A stretch of DNA of 64,000 bases from Gemmatimonadota bacterium (GCA_965116475.1 OZ220691.1:2080001-2144000); one strand, 5' to 3'; counted from the stretch's first letter, positions 1 to 11,959 are shown. The notes: generated by a model from the letters alone, not told the origin. A program made the numbers and translations.

Positions 1-148
1 CGCCCCGGCCGCGGCCCTTGCGCGGCGCGGATCCGATGATGACCGGCTTGCCGCGCAGCGACGGGTCCTCGCGCACCTCGACGGCGGCGTAGAAGGCGTC
101 CATGTCCACGTGGAGGATCGTCCGGGGCCGCGTCTCAGGCTGCGGCAT
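1..148 (-). CDS. dinB: DNA polymerase IV (Y-family), N-terminal part, runs off window edge
   Basis: Manual translation: [48 protein letters not shown] is the DinB/IMS motif. Confidence 0.93.
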   Translation of the reverse strand, partial: MPQPETRPRTILHVDMDAFYAAVEVREDPSLRGKPVIIGSAPRKGRGRG

Positions 149-971
149 GTACTCCCGCGCCTCCCTCCGCGTCCCGCTCGTCCAGGATCCGGCGGGCTCG
201 CCCCGGTGCGTCGCTCACGAGGCCGTCCACGCCCCAGTCCAGCAGGCGCCGCATGTCGTCGGGGTGGTTCACGGTCCACACGAAGACGCCCATGCCGTCG
301 GCGTGGGCGCGGCGCACGAAGCGCGGCGTGACGATGCGCAGAGCGCCCTGCCGTTCCGGCAGCATGGCGGCCGCGCAGCCGGCGGGGGCGAACCGGCGGC
401 CGAGGCCGATCTTGCCGAGCAGGACGTAGGTGCGGAGTTCGTCCTGGTAGGCGCAGTGCCAGCGCGCGTGCCGACTCGCGGGCTCCACCTCCTCGCGCTC
501 GAAGCCGCCGACCAGGATCCGCTCCCGGTCCGCGCGGTTCCGGCTCCGCTGCAGCCACGCGCCCAGTTCGTGCCCCGCCGCGGCCGACTTGATCTCGGCG
601 ATCACCGGCAGATCTCCCACCGCTTCGAGCACCTCTTCGAGCGTGGGGATGTCGACTCCCTTTCCCCGGAAGGGGAAGGTCTTCCCGTGGTCCGTCGTGA
701 AGCGGTATCCGGCGTCGAAGGCGCGCAGTTCGTCTCGCGTCAGCGCCTCGATGTCCCCCGTTCCGTCGGTCGTGCGAGGGAGGCTCGAATCGTGGATGAC
801 GATGAGGCGGCCGTCCGCGCTCCGGTGCAGGTCGAGTTCCACCGCGTCGGCCCCGACCCGGACGGCGTGCTCGAAGGACGGGAGCGTGTTCTCTGGCGCG
901 AACGCCGCCGCCCCCCGGTGGCCGATGACGCGCAGCGGGGAGCCGGGACCGAAGAGATCGTCGGGCAGCAC
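135..971 (-). CDS. Glycerophosphodiester phosphodiesterase family protein
   Basis: [40 protein letters not shown] motifs. Confidence 0.92.
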   Translation of the reverse strand: MLPDDLFGPGSPLRVIGHRGAAAFAPENTLPSFEHAVRVGADAVELDLHRSADGRLIVIHDSSLPRTTDGTGDIEALTRDELRAFDAGYRFTTDHGKTFPFRGKGVDIPTLEEVLEAVGDLPVIAEIKSAAAGHELGAWLQRSRNRADRERILVGGFEREEVEPASRHARWHCAYQDELRTYVLLGKIGLGRRFAPAGCAAAMLPERQGALRIVTPRFVRRAHADGMGVFVWTVNHPDDMRRLLDWGVDGLVSDAPGRARRILDERDAEGGAGVHAAA

Positions 972-978
972 CGGCGGC

Positions 979-2397
979 TCAGGCAGCCACGCGCCGTGCC
1001 TGGGCCCGCCCCAGCGCGATGGAGAGGACGATCCACATCCCGGCCAGCGGCGCCGTGGACATGGCGACCCACGCCAGCGCCAGGCCGAGCATCGCGAACA
1101 GACTGTCGATGCCGGCGCCCGCGAGGTCGCCGCCCCGGTACAGGAAGACGTCGACGATCGGCTTCCCCTTGTACTTCTCCGCGGGTGGCACGACGGAGAA
1201 CAGCGTCTCGCGCGAGGGCCGGGAAATCGCGTACCGCGTCGCGCGGTGCACGGCCTGGAAGATCATCATCACCCCGTACAGGGGCCACACGGCGAGCACG
1301 ACGAACCCGAGCACGGTGACGAGCGGCAGGATGGCGAGCGTCCACCCGACGCCCAGCTTCCGGATGAGGTGGGTGGTGATGAAGATCTGCGTCAGCAGGG
1401 TTCCGAACTGCGCCAGCGAATCGAAGTCGGCGAAGCTCCCCACCCGCTGGCTGAAGGTGTCCGTAGCCTCGAGAATGACGTTCGCCTGGGTGAAGTAGAT
1501 CAGGGTGTTCGAGATCGCCATGAACACGACCCAGAGGCCGACGCCGAGCAGGTAGGGCGAGGTGAACACGGCGCGCAGCCCCTCCAGCGCCCCGCCTCCG
1601 ATGCGCGTGCCTCCATCGCCTCGCCGCCGGGGTCCGGTTTCGGCCGCCCCGCCGTCCGACGCTCCGTCGTCCGCCGCCGCCGGTCCGCCCGGCGAGCCCG
1701 CGCCGAGTCGGGAGAGGTCCGAGGCCCCGGCCCCCCGGTCGAGGATCAGCATGACGGCGATCGCGAGCGCGAAGCAGCCGGCCCCGATCAGCATGAAGCC
1801 GGCGGGCAGGTACGGACTCTCGGTCAGTCCGCTGACGAGGCTCGCGCCGCGCCCCCCGGCAAGCGCCCCCAGCGTCCCGCCGATCCCGATGAAGGGGAAC
1901 ATCCGCTTCCCCTGGTCGACGTCGAACACGTCGACCATGAAGGCCCAGAATACGCTGGTCGAGAACAGGTTGATGACGCTCAGCCACACGTAGAACGTGT
2001 AGCCGACGCCGCGCGCGAGGCCGGTCTCCGCGTCGGTGCCGATGAGGCCGCCGCCCGCCCGCACGTCCTGGATCAGCAGCGTTGCGAAGCCGATCAGGCA
2101 GGCGATGACGAACAGGTACGCGATCGGGATGAAGCGCCGCCGGTTCGTCCGCGCCACGACGCCCCCGAAGACGAGGACCGCGAACAGGGAGGCCACCGAA
2201 GTCACGGCGAAGAGCCAGCGCAGGTCGTCCATCCCGCGGGCGACCCCCATCGCCTCGCGCACGGGACGGAGGAAGAAGTAGCCGCAGAGGACGAGGAAGA
2301 AGAAGAGCGCGGACAGTACCGCGAGACTGAATTCGCCCCGCCTCATGTTGAGGGCCCGGCGCGCGACGCCGAGGAAGGATTCCAGCAAGCTGGCCAC
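979..2397 (-). CDS. MFS transporter, NTP/NDP exchange (AAA/TLC-like) family
   Basis: YFFLRPVRE, FYVWLSVINLF, FWAFMVDVF, KYKGKPIVDVFLYRGGD; ~12 TM segments; GTG start at 2397 chosen from GGGAG RBS. Confidence 0.85.
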   Translation of the reverse strand: MASLLESFLGVARRALNMRRGEFSLAVLSALFFFLVLCGYFFLRPVREAMGVARGMDDLRWLFAVTSVASLFAVLVFGGVVARTNRRRFIPIAYLFVIACLIGFATLLIQDVRAGGGLIGTDAETGLARGVGYTFYVWLSVINLFSTSVFWAFMVDVFDVDQGKRMFPFIGIGGTLGALAGGRGASLVSGLTESPYLPAGFMLIGAGCFALAIAVMLILDRGAGASDLSRLGAGSPGGPAAADDGASDGGAAETGPRRRGDGGTRIGGGALEGLRAVFTSPYLLGVGLWVVFMAISNTLIYFTQANVILEATDTFSQRVGSFADFDSLAQFGTLLTQIFITTHLIRKLGVGWTLAILPLVTVLGFVVLAVWPLYGVMMIFQAVHRATRYAISRPSRETLFSVVPPAEKYKGKPIVDVFLYRGGDLAGAGIDSLFAMLGLALAWVAMSTAPLAGMWIVLSIALGRAQARRVAA

Positions 2398-2501
2398 GTT
2401 CGCTCCCACCGTTAGGTTCCGAGATCTTCTGAAGAGAATCCCTTTCTCCATCGACCGGCAAGCAGAACCACGATGAAGCGCCACCCCGGAGCTTCCCCCG
2501 G

Positions 2502-3872
2502 ATGACCCCGTCCCGGGAAAGCGAGCCGCGCACGTTCGCGGCGTGGCTGACGGGCGCCCGCCCGGAAGAGGCCGGGCTGGTGCTTCTGTCGGCCCTCTAC
2601 TTCTTCTTCATCCTGTCGGCGTACTACGTGATCCGGCCCATCCGCGAGGAGATGGCGGTGGCGGGCGGGGTCGAGAACATCCCGTGGCTCTTCACGGGCA
2701 CGCTGACGGCCATGCTGCTCGTACACCCGATCTTCGCCGCGGTCGTGTCGCGGTGGACCCGCAAGCGGTTCGTGACCCTCACGTACCGCTTCTTCATGCT
2801 GAACCTGCTGGTCTACTTCGTGCTGCTGAGGATCGTGACCGACGGCGACGCTTCGGTGTGGATCGGCCGCACCTTCTTCGTCTGGATCAGCGTCTTCAAC
2901 CTGTTCGTGGTCTCCGTCTTCTGGTCGTTCATGACCGACATATTCCGGGAGCGCCAGAGCCGCCGCCTGTTCGGTCTCATCGGGGTCGGCGGCACCTTGG
3001 GGGGGATCGTCGGGTCCGCGATCACCGCGTTTCTCGTCGGATTCCTGTCGCCCGCGACGCTCCTCCTGTTCTCCGTGCTGCTGCTCGAGGGCGCGGTCAC
3101 CTGCCTCAAGGCGCTCGATTCGCGCTGCGCGACCTCCCCCCCGGTCGCGGCCGAAGGTTCGGCGGGCGGCCCGGGCCACGGTTCGGGTGACGGCGGCGCG
3201 ACGGACGAGGTGATCGGGGGGTCGGCGCTGGAGGGGATCCGGCGGGTGCTGGCGTCGCCCTACCTGCTGGGGATCGGCGCCTTCATGCTGCTGTTCACGA
3301 TCGGTTCCACCTTCCTCTACAACATCCAGGCGGACATCGTCTCGCGCACCTTCGCGACGGGGGCGGAGCGGACCTCGGTCTTCGCGCGCATCGACCTGTC
3401 GGTGAACATCCTCACGCTCTTCACCCAGCTCTTCCTGACGGGCCGCATCCTGAAGTGGCTCGGTGTGCGCCTCGCGCTCGGGATTCTGCCCGTGCTCAGT
3501 GTCCTCGGCTTCCTGGCGCTGGGAGCGGCGCCGGTCTTCGCGGCGTTCGTCGTGTTCCAGGTGCTGCGGCGGGCGGGGAACTTCGCGCTCGCGGTGCCCA
3601 CGCGCGAGGTGCTCTACACCGTCCTTCCGCGCCGGGACAAGTACAAGGCGAAGAACTTCAACGACCTGTTCGTCTACCGGGCGGGCGACCAGATCGGGGT
3701 GTGGTCCTTCGCCGGACTGCGCGCGCTCGGACTCGGAAGCTCCGCGCTGGCGCTGACCATGGTCCCGCTCGCCGGACTGTGGCTGCTGATCGCGCTGTGG
3801 TTGGGAAGGAAGCAGGCCGCGCTGGCCCGGAGGCCCGCCGCCGGCCAGGCGGAAGTAGCCGCGGCCGGCTAG
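2502..3872 (+). CDS. MFS transporter, NTP/NDP exchange (AAA/TLC-like) family; paralog of the divergent gene
   Basis: YYVIRPIRE, FFVWISVFNLFVVSVFWSFM, KYKAKNFNDLFVYRAGD. Confidence 0.87.
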   Translation: MTPSRESEPRTFAAWLTGARPEEAGLVLLSALYFFFILSAYYVIRPIREEMAVAGGVENIPWLFTGTLTAMLLVHPIFAAVVSRWTRKRFVTLTYRFFMLNLLVYFVLLRIVTDGDASVWIGRTFFVWISVFNLFVVSVFWSFMTDIFRERQSRRLFGLIGVGGTLGGIVGSAITAFLVGFLSPATLLLFSVLLLEGAVTCLKALDSRCATSPPVAAEGSAGGPGHGSGDGGATDEVIGGSALEGIRRVLASPYLLGIGAFMLLFTIGSTFLYNIQADIVSRTFATGAERTSVFARIDLSVNILTLFTQLFLTGRILKWLGVRLALGILPVLSVLGFLALGAAPVFAAFVVFQVLRRAGNFALAVPTREVLYTVLPRRDKYKAKNFNDLFVYRAGDQIGVWSFAGLRALGLGSSALALTMVPLAGLWLLIALWLGRKQAALARRPAAGQAEVAAAG

Positions 3873-3879
3873 CGGGGGT

Positions 3880-4783
<904 letters not shown>

Positions 4784-4791
<8 letters not shown>

Positions 4792-5713
4792 CGAGCGCGT
4801 CGAGATGCTCGTAGCTGGCGCGCACCGACCCCATCGGATCGCCCGGCGTGTCGTGCTCCACGAAGTAGTGGATGAGCCCCGCTTCTTCCGAGCGCTCGAA
4901 GATGGCGGCGAAGTCGATGACGCCGGCGCCCACATCCACCATCTCTCCCTCGGGGGTCCGATCCTTCACGTGGCAGAGTTCGAAGCGGCGGGGATACCGG
5001 TCGATGTAGTCGAACGGGTCGCCGCCGCCGTGGACGAGCCAGTAGAAGTCGACCTCGTAGGTGACGAGTTCGGGGTCGGTGTTCTCGATCATCACGTCCA
5101 GCAGGCGGAGACCGTCCACTTCCTCGAGTTCGAAGTCGTGGTTGTGGTAGGCGAACGCGAGCCCCGCCTCGCGGCACCGCGCCCCGAACGCGTTGAATTC
5201 GTCCGCGAGCCGCCGGTATCCGTCCACGAGCGCCGATCCCGTGGCGCCGTCGTTCCCCGGCCGCTCGGGACCCGCGAGGTAGGGGACGACGAGGTACCGG
5301 TGGCCGATCTCGGCGGCCGCGGCGGCGGCCTCGTCGAAACCCGACCGCAGCTCCTCGAGCGACAGGTGGGCCGCGGGGGCCGTGAGGCCTTCCGCCTCCA
5401 GCGCGCTCCGGATCTCGGCCGGGGAGCGGCCGAAGTAGCCCGCGAACTCGACCTCGCCGTAGCCGATGCGGGCGACGGACGCCAGCGTGCGCTCGACGTC
5501 GCGCGCCATCAGCGACCGCACCGTGTAGAGTTGGAGCCCCCACGCCTCGGGGAGCGTCCGGGCCCCGGGGAGGGTCCGGGCCCCGGGGAGGGTCCGGGCC
5601 TCCGGGAGCGTCCGGGTCCCCGCGGCGGCCGCGCGACCCGCGCATGTGAGAACGAGTCCGGCGCCGAGCGAGTGCCGTACGAATCTGCGTCTGTCCATGC
5701 TCAGCCTGTGCAT
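4784..5713 (-). CDS. Tat-exported sugar phosphate isomerase/epimerase (AP_endonuc_2 TIM barrel)
   Basis: DRRRFVR Tat motif; GLQLYTVR, YHNHDFE, EVDFYW, HVKD, YFVEHD; start 5713 or 5698. Confidence 0.88.
5544..5615. repeat. 4 x 18-bp in-frame tandem repeat encoding (RTLP[E/G]A)4 linker
   Basis: GCCTCGGGGAGCGTCCGG / GCCCCGGGGAGGGTCCGG x2 / GCCTCCGGGAGCGTCCGG. Confidence 0.9.
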
Positions 5714-5895
5714 GCTGCGTCTTTCCATGCGCGCAATATGTCGCGCCCTGTGGCCGCCGTCGAACCGCAGCTCGCCGGGCTGCGGCGCCGGTTGAACCCT
5801 GCGGGGCTTTTGCCGCGGGCTGCCGAGCCTATTATGCGGGGCGCGGCGGCGCTTCCGCCGTCCGCGCACGTCGATGCCGGCCGGGAGGACCGACT

Positions 5896-6537
5896 GTGAG
5901 ACGGCGCAGGGCTCTCGAGATCATCGGTGTGGCCGCGGGCGCGCCGCTGCTGGCGCCGGGGAGCGCGGTGGCGGAGGCCCTGGCGCTCGGGCAGCGCATC
6001 CGGTCGGTGGCCGGCCCGGTCGGCGGCGCGCCGCCCGCGACGCTCACGCCCGCGCAGGCCCGGACGATGACGGCGCTCGCCGAGGTCATCATCCCCCGGA
6101 CGGACACGCCCGGCGCGAGCGAGGCGGGCGTTACCGCATTCGTCGATGCCCTCCTGACCGGTTGGCTGGACGCGTCGGACCGCGACCGTTTCCTCGCCGG
6201 CCTGGACGCCGTAGACCCCATCGCCCGGGCTGCTCACGGCGCCGACTTCGCCGACTGTACCCCGGCCCAGCAGACCGCCCTCGTGGCGCGGATGGACGAG
6301 GACCTCGACCGCCGCCGCCGGGCTCCCGAAGTCGACGAGACGCAGACCTTCTTCTACGACATGAAGCGCTTCACGCTCGCCGGCTACTTCACCTCGCAGC
6401 CGGGCCTGCGCTCGCTGGGATACCGGATCATCCCGGGCGCCTTCGAGGGGTGCGTCATCCTCGACCAGTACGGCACCGGCGAAGGCCGGCCGGGCGCACG
6501 GCGCGGGCGGCAGAGCCGTTCGGGAGAGCAGGCGTGA
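5896..6537 (+). CDS. Gluconate 2-dehydrogenase subunit 3 family protein (LacC-like)
   Basis: RRRAL Tat-like start; IIPRTDTPGA, FVD, FF..MKRFTLAGYFTS. Confidence 0.88.
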   Translation: MRRRRALEIIGVAAGAPLLAPGSAVAEALALGQRIRSVAGPVGGAPPATLTPAQARTMTALAEVIIPRTDTPGASEAGVTAFVDALLTGWLDASDRDRFLAGLDAVDPIARAAHGADFADCTPAQQTALVARMDEDLDRRRRAPEVDETQTFFYDMKRFTLAGYFTSQPGLRSLGYRIIPGAFEGCVILDQYGTGEGRPGARRGRQSRSGEQA

Positions 6538-8225
6538 GCCGCCGGCAGGAGGTGTGGGACGCGATCGTCGTCGGCTCGGGGATCACCGGCGGCTGGGCCG
6601 CCAAGGAACTCACCGAACTCGGCCTCCGCACGCTCGTGCTCGAAGCGGGGCCCATGATCGTCCCGGAGCGGGACTACACCGAGCACGTGCCACCCTACCG
6701 CATGCCCTACCGCGGCTGGAACGACCGCAAGGCGCTCGCCGCCGAGCAGCCCGTGCAGCGCGAGTGCTACGCCTGCGACGAGATGGGCCGGAAGTTCTTC
6801 GTCAACGACATCGAGAACCCGTACACGACGCCCGACGAGAAGCCCTTCCTGTGGATCCGGGGCCGCCAGGTCGGCGGACGCTCGATCATGTGGGCGCGCC
6901 AGTCCTACCGTCTCAGCGATCTCGACTTCGAGGCCAACGCGCGCGACGGGATCGGCGTCGACTGGCCGATCCGCTACGCGGACCTCGCGCCCTGGTATTC
7001 GTACGTCGAGGAGTTCGTCGGCATCAGCGGCCGCGTGGAGGGCGTCCCACAGTTGCCGGACGGCGTCTTCCTGCCGCCCATGCAGATGACGTGCGTGGAG
7101 AACGCGGTGAGGGAGGCGATCGCGCGCGCCTTCGGCGACACGCGGATGATGACGATCGGGCGCACCGCTGTCCTCACCCGCGATCACAGGGGGCGGAGCG
7201 CCTGCCACTACTGCGGTCCCTGCCACCGCGGCTGCCGTACCAGGAGCTACTTCAGTTCGCTCAGCGCCACCCTCCCCGCCGCCGAAGCCACCGGGCGCAT
7301 GACGCTGCGGCCGGACAGCGTCGTGCACAGCGTGATCTGGGACCCCGCCCGCGGCCGGGTCACGGGCGTGCGCGTCATCGACCGGCAGACGGGAGAGGAC
7401 CTGGAGTTCCAGGGGGAGATCGTCATGCTCGGCGCCTCCGCGCTCGAGTCGACCCGCATCCTCCTCCACTCGACCTCCGCCGACTTCCCGGACGGCCTCG
7501 CGAACTCCAGCGGGGTCCTCGGCCGCTATCTCATGGACCACACCATGAGCACCGGCGCGAAGGCGAAGTTTCCCGGCTGGGAGAACCACGGCTATACCGG
7601 CGAGCGCCCGAACGGGATCTACATCCCGCGCTTCCGGAACGTGACGGAACCCTCGCCCGACTTCATCCGGGGCTACGGCTACCAGGGCTGGTCGACGCGG
7701 CAGGGCTGGAGCCGCGGTCTCGGCATGCCGGGCTTCGGCGCCGACTACAAGCGCCGGCTCACCGAACCCGGCGTGTGGGAGTTCGAACTCGGCGCCTTCG
7801 GCGAGTGCCTCCCGCGCGAGGAGAACTACATCGAACTCGATCCGGAGCGTGTCGACGCGTGGGGGATCCCCGCCCTCCGCATCCACTGCGAGTGGGGCGA
7901 CAACGAGCGCCTGATGATGCGGGACAGCGCGGACCGCGCCGCGGAAATGCTGGAGACCGGCGGCGGAACGGACATCGAGTTGCTCACGGATCTCACGGCG
8001 CCGGGGCTAACGATCCACGAGATGGGGACGGCGAGGATGGGGCGTGATCCGGCAACCTCCGTCCTCAACGGCTACAACCAGGCGTGGGACGCGCCGAACC
8101 TGTTCGTGATCGACGGGGCCGCCATGCCCTCATCCGCCTGCCAGAACCCGTCCCTTACCTACATGGCCCTCACGGCCCGCGCCTGCCACTACGCCCTCTG
8201 GGCAAAGAACCGCGGCGAACTCTAG
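6534..8225 (+). CDS. GMC family FAD oxidoreductase (LacA / glucoside 3-dehydrogenase-like)
   Basis: DAIVVGSGITGGWAAKEL, GGRSIMW, C..CGPC..GC, HEMGTARMG, QNPSLTYMALTARA; GTGA overlap start. Confidence 0.92.
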   Translation: MSRRQEVWDAIVVGSGITGGWAAKELTELGLRTLVLEAGPMIVPERDYTEHVPPYRMPYRGWNDRKALAAEQPVQRECYACDEMGRKFFVNDIENPYTTPDEKPFLWIRGRQVGGRSIMWARQSYRLSDLDFEANARDGIGVDWPIRYADLAPWYSYVEEFVGISGRVEGVPQLPDGVFLPPMQMTCVENAVREAIARAFGDTRMMTIGRTAVLTRDHRGRSACHYCGPCHRGCRTRSYFSSLSATLPAAEATGRMTLRPDSVVHSVIWDPARGRVTGVRVIDRQTGEDLEFQGEIVMLGASALESTRILLHSTSADFPDGLANSSGVLGRYLMDHTMSTGAKAKFPGWENHGYTGERPNGIYIPRFRNVTEPSPDFIRGYGYQGWSTRQGWSRGLGMPGFGADYKRRLTEPGVWEFELGAFGECLPREENYIELDPERVDAWGIPALRIHCEWGDNERLMMRDSADRAAEMLETGGGTDIELLTDLTAPGLTIHEMGTARMGRDPATSVLNGYNQAWDAPNLFVIDGAAMPSSACQNPSLTYMALTARACHYALWAKNRGEL

Positions 8226-9544
8226 ACGGAAGTGGCGAGGGCATCGGCGATTTGCTCCATCTCCGCCATCGTGTTGTACATGTGCGGGCAGAGACGGATG
8301 CCCGGGAACACCCCCCGGCGGAGCGCTCCCGCGACGCCGTGTTCCTCGTAGATCCGGTTGTAGATCTCCGTGTGGTCGTCGACCCCCAGCTCGGCGATGA
8401 CCACGCCGCCGCCGAGGCCCGGCACGTCGGACGTGTGGAACTTCACGCCGGGGATCCGTTCGCGGATCGCCGACTTGAGCCCCGTCGCGAGGGCGCGCAT
8501 GCGGGCCTCGATCGCCGCCGCCCCGATCGCCTCGTGGAACTCCACCGTCGTCCCCACGCCCGCCACCGCCGCGTCGTCGCGCTGGCCGTACGTGCCGAAC
8601 TTGTCGGCTCCGCCTCCGGCGACCGCGCCCTCCCAGCCCACGCCGACGTCGCTCGGCCACAGCTCCGCGACCCGGTCGGCCCGAACGTAGAGGACTCCGG
8701 CTTCCTTCGGCCCGCAGAACCACTTGTGGGCGCTCCCGGTGTACGAGTCGCAGCCCATGGCGTGGAGGTCGACTTCCACCGCGCCGAAGCTCTGCGCCCC
8801 GTCCATGTGCACGTAGATGCCGCGGTCGCGCGCGATGCGGCACAGGCGCCGCGCCGGCAGTTCGACCCCCGAGATGTTCGAGATCTGCGTCACCGCGAGG
8901 ACGCGGGTCCGGTCGGTGAACGCGCTCACGAAGGCGTCGATCAGTTCGTCCTCCGTCTCGGGCGCCGGCGGCGTCGTTACGCGGATCACCTTGTAGCCCC
9001 AGCGGTCGGCGCGGACATCCCACGCCACGTTGTTCGTGGGATGGTTCTGGTCCCACAGCACGACCTCGTCTCCCGCGCCCAGCGTGAGCCCGTTGATGAC
9101 GGTGTTGTTGCTTTCGGAGGTGTTGCGGGTGATGACGATCTCCTCGGGCGAGGCGCCCAGCAGCCGCGCGAGCGCCTCCACGGACTCGGCGGCGAGCGCG
9201 TTGAACTTGGCCCGGTTGTGGAACGAGGCGTCCCGGTCGATGTCGCGCGTGTAGCCGAACACCGCCTCCTGCACCGACCAGGGCGAGGGGCAGAGGTTCG
9301 CCGCGTTCACCAGGATGAGTCCGGGGCGGAGCGGGAACTGGGACTTCACCATCTCCCAGAAGGACTCGTCCTCCGTCCCCATGAAGTCTCGCCGCGCCGA
9401 CAGTTCCCCCAGGCCGAGACCGGGCTTCGATGGCGCCCGCGTCCAGGCCGGGGTTGCCGCGAGGGCGGCTCCCGCCGCGGCGCGCTTGAGGAACCGGCGG
9501 CGGTCGGGCATGCGGGTCGCGTCGGTGGGCGTGCGAGTCGTCAC
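8222..9544 (-). CDS. Tat-signal class V PLP-dependent aminotransferase (isopenicillin-N epimerase/cysteine desulfurase-like)
   Basis: DRRRFLK, RNTSES, DGAQSFG, GSAHKWFCGP; GTG start with GGGAGG RBS. Confidence 0.88.
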   Translation of the reverse strand: MTTRTPTDATRMPDRRRFLKRAAAGAALAATPAWTRAPSKPGLGLGELSARRDFMGTEDESFWEMVKSQFPLRPGLILVNAANLCPSPWSVQEAVFGYTRDIDRDASFHNRAKFNALAAESVEALARLLGASPEEIVITRNTSESNNTVINGLTLGAGDEVVLWDQNHPTNNVAWDVRADRWGYKVIRVTTPPAPETEDELIDAFVSAFTDRTRVLAVTQISNISGVELPARRLCRIARDRGIYVHMDGAQSFGAVEVDLHAMGCDSYTGSAHKWFCGPKEAGVLYVRADRVAELWPSDVGVGWEGAVAGGGADKFGTYGQRDDAAVAGVGTTVEFHEAIGAAAIEARMRALATGLKSAIRERIPGVKFHTSDVPGLGGGVVIAELGVDDHTEIYNRIYEEHGVAGALRRGVFPGIRLCPHMYNTMAEMEQIADALATSV

Positions 9545-9728
9545 GGAAACCTCCCGTCCTGTGGGCCGCCGCATCCCGCGCGATGGCCGCGGTCGTTCAC
9601 TGACGCAACATAAGACGCGCAACTTCGGGCGGCATGGGGGGGCGCGCCGCCACTCACGCGGTCTATGCACGCGGCGAGGCACATCCCATGTTCCAAAGAC
9701 CCGGCGCTCATCAACCCAGGAGGTACCC

Positions 9729-11867
9729 ATGGACACGCGCGCCCCCGTCTCCCCCCGCGTCTCCCTCCGAGGCTTCTTCCGGAGCAGCCTCTTCCGGAAT
9801 CTCGCCCCCCTCGCGGCGCTGTTCGCACTTGGCGCAGCCGGCAGCCTCGCCCTCCCCGGCTCGACGCTCGTCGCGCAGCAAGCGAACGGCGCCCTCGCGC
9901 TCGAGTCCTGGCTCGACTGGGAGCGGGTCCAGGATCCGCGGATCTCGCCGGATGGCGGCTCCGTGGTATACGAAAGTCTGTGGGTCGACAAGATGAACGA
10001 CGCGTGGGAGTCGTCGATCTGGATCGTGAATTCGGACGGCAGCCGCCCGCGCCACCTCGTCAACGGGTCCTCGCCGCGCTGGTCTCCCGACGGCAGCCGG
10101 CTCGCGTTCCTCGCGCCCGACGACGAGGGGAACACGCAGATCTTCGTCCGCTGGATGGATGCCGAGGGCGCTGTCTCCCAGGTCACGCGGCTTACGGACA
10201 GCCCGTCGAACATCGCCTGGTCTCCCGACGGGACGCGCTTCTCGTTCACGATGCGGGTGGGGGCGGAGCAGCCGACGGCGCGGCACTGGTCCCTCTCGCT
10301 CCCCAAGCCGGAAGGGGCGACGTGGACGCCGGGGCCCCGGATCATCGAGCGCCTCGTTTACCGGCAGGACCGCATCGGATTCCTGGGCGACAAGTACCAG
10401 CACATCTTCGTCGTCCCCGCCGAGGGCGGTACCGCGCGCCAGCTCACCGAGGGCGACTTCAATTTCGGCGTCCCCGTCTGGGAACCCGGCGGAGGGTCGC
10501 TCCTCTTCAGCAGTCTCGTCGCGGAAGACGCGGTGTACCGGTGGCAGGAGACCGAAATCTACCGGCTCGACGCGGCGTCCGGCGAACTGAGCCAGGTCAC
10601 GACGCGCAAGGGTCCGGACAACCGGCCGGTGCCGTCTCCGGACGGGCGCATGATCGCCTATGTGGGGCACGACACGACGACGTTCGACTACATCGAGTCC
10701 GCCGTCTACGTGATGAACGCGGATGGGTCGAATCCGCGCGCCCTGACGGCCGAGATGGACCGCAGTCCGGGGGCGCTGCACTGGGCCCCGGACGGCGGCG
10801 GCGTCTACTTCGACGCTTCGGCGGACGGCTATCGCAACATCCACTACGCCTCGGTGGACGGAGACGTGCGGGCTATGACCGAGGGCCCGCAGATGTTCGG
10901 CATCAACGATGTGAGCGGCGGCGGCATGGCGGTCGGGATGTGGGGCGATGCGCACGAACCCGGCGACATCTACGCCTTCCCCGTGGACCGGCCCGACCGG
11001 CGCACGAGGCTGACGGATGTGAACGCCGACGTGCTCGCGGGCGTGACGCTGGGCGAGGTCGAGCAGGTGTGGAGCGAGTCCTCCCACGACGGACTCCCGA
11101 TTCACGGCTGGGTCATCAAGCCCCCGGACTTCGACGCGTCGCGGCAGTATCCGCTCATCCTCGTGATCCACGGCGGCCCGCACGGCATGTACAACGGGGG
11201 GTTCAACTTCTCGTGGCAGGAGCACGCCGCGAACGGCTACGTCGTCCTCTACACGAACCCGCGCGGAAGCTCCGGCTACGGGACGGAGTTCGGGAACGCG
11301 ATCCAGTACGACTACCCGAACCACGACTTCGACGACCTCATGTCGAGCGTGGACGAGGTCATCTCACGCGGCTACGTGGATGACGACAATATGTTCGTCT
11401 ACGGGTGCTCGGGCGGAGGCGTCCTCACATCGTGGGTCGTCGGGCACACGGACCGCTTCCGGGCCGCGTCGGCGAACTGTCCGGTCGTGAACTGGTTCAA
11501 CTTCCCGAACGAGGTCGACGGCAACTACCTCCGCTGGTACGCGGACTTCCGGGAGTTCCCCTGGGTGGACCCGAGCGAGCACATCCGCCGCTCGCCGATC
11601 ACCTACGTGGGCAACGTGACGACGCCGACGATGCTGATGACCGGCGTCCTCGACCTGCGGACCCCGATGTCGCAGACGGAGCAGTTCTACCAGGCGCTCA
11701 AGGCGCAGAACAAGCCGACGGCGATGGTCCAGTTCGAGGGCGAGTGGCACGGCACGTCGCGCCTGCCGTCCAACTTCCTGCGCACGCAACTCATCCTCAG
11801 GAAGTGGTTCGAGCGCTGGGGCACGCACGACGACGACCGCACCGCCGCCACCCAGGCCGGGTCGTAG
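9729..11867 (+). CDS. S9 family peptidase (acylaminoacyl peptidase-like, PD40 propeller)
   Basis: WSPDG repeats, IHGGPH, NPRGSSGYG, GCSGGG nucleophile elbow, DLRTP, EWHG. Confidence 0.93.
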   Translation: MDTRAPVSPRVSLRGFFRSSLFRNLAPLAALFALGAAGSLALPGSTLVAQQANGALALESWLDWERVQDPRISPDGGSVVYESLWVDKMNDAWESSIWIVNSDGSRPRHLVNGSSPRWSPDGSRLAFLAPDDEGNTQIFVRWMDAEGAVSQVTRLTDSPSNIAWSPDGTRFSFTMRVGAEQPTARHWSLSLPKPEGATWTPGPRIIERLVYRQDRIGFLGDKYQHIFVVPAEGGTARQLTEGDFNFGVPVWEPGGGSLLFSSLVAEDAVYRWQETEIYRLDAASGELSQVTTRKGPDNRPVPSPDGRMIAYVGHDTTTFDYIESAVYVMNADGSNPRALTAEMDRSPGALHWAPDGGGVYFDASADGYRNIHYASVDGDVRAMTEGPQMFGINDVSGGGMAVGMWGDAHEPGDIYAFPVDRPDRRTRLTDVNADVLAGVTLGEVEQVWSESSHDGLPIHGWVIKPPDFDASRQYPLILVIHGGPHGMYNGGFNFSWQEHAANGYVVLYTNPRGSSGYGTEFGNAIQYDYPNHDFDDLMSSVDEVISRGYVDDDNMFVYGCSGGGVLTSWVVGHTDRFRAASANCPVVNWFNFPNEVDGNYLRWYADFREFPWVDPSEHIRRSPITYVGNVTTPTMLMTGVLDLRTPMSQTEQFYQALKAQNKPTAMVQFEGEWHGTSRLPSNFLRTQLILRKWFERWGTHDDDRTAATQAGS

Positions 11868-11959
11868 CGTCGCACCCGGAAGACTGGCGTGGTCGCGCTG
11901 CGTCAGGACGCTTCGGGTTGCCGCTTGTATGTAGGTAAAAATGCGGCTATTTTACCCAC

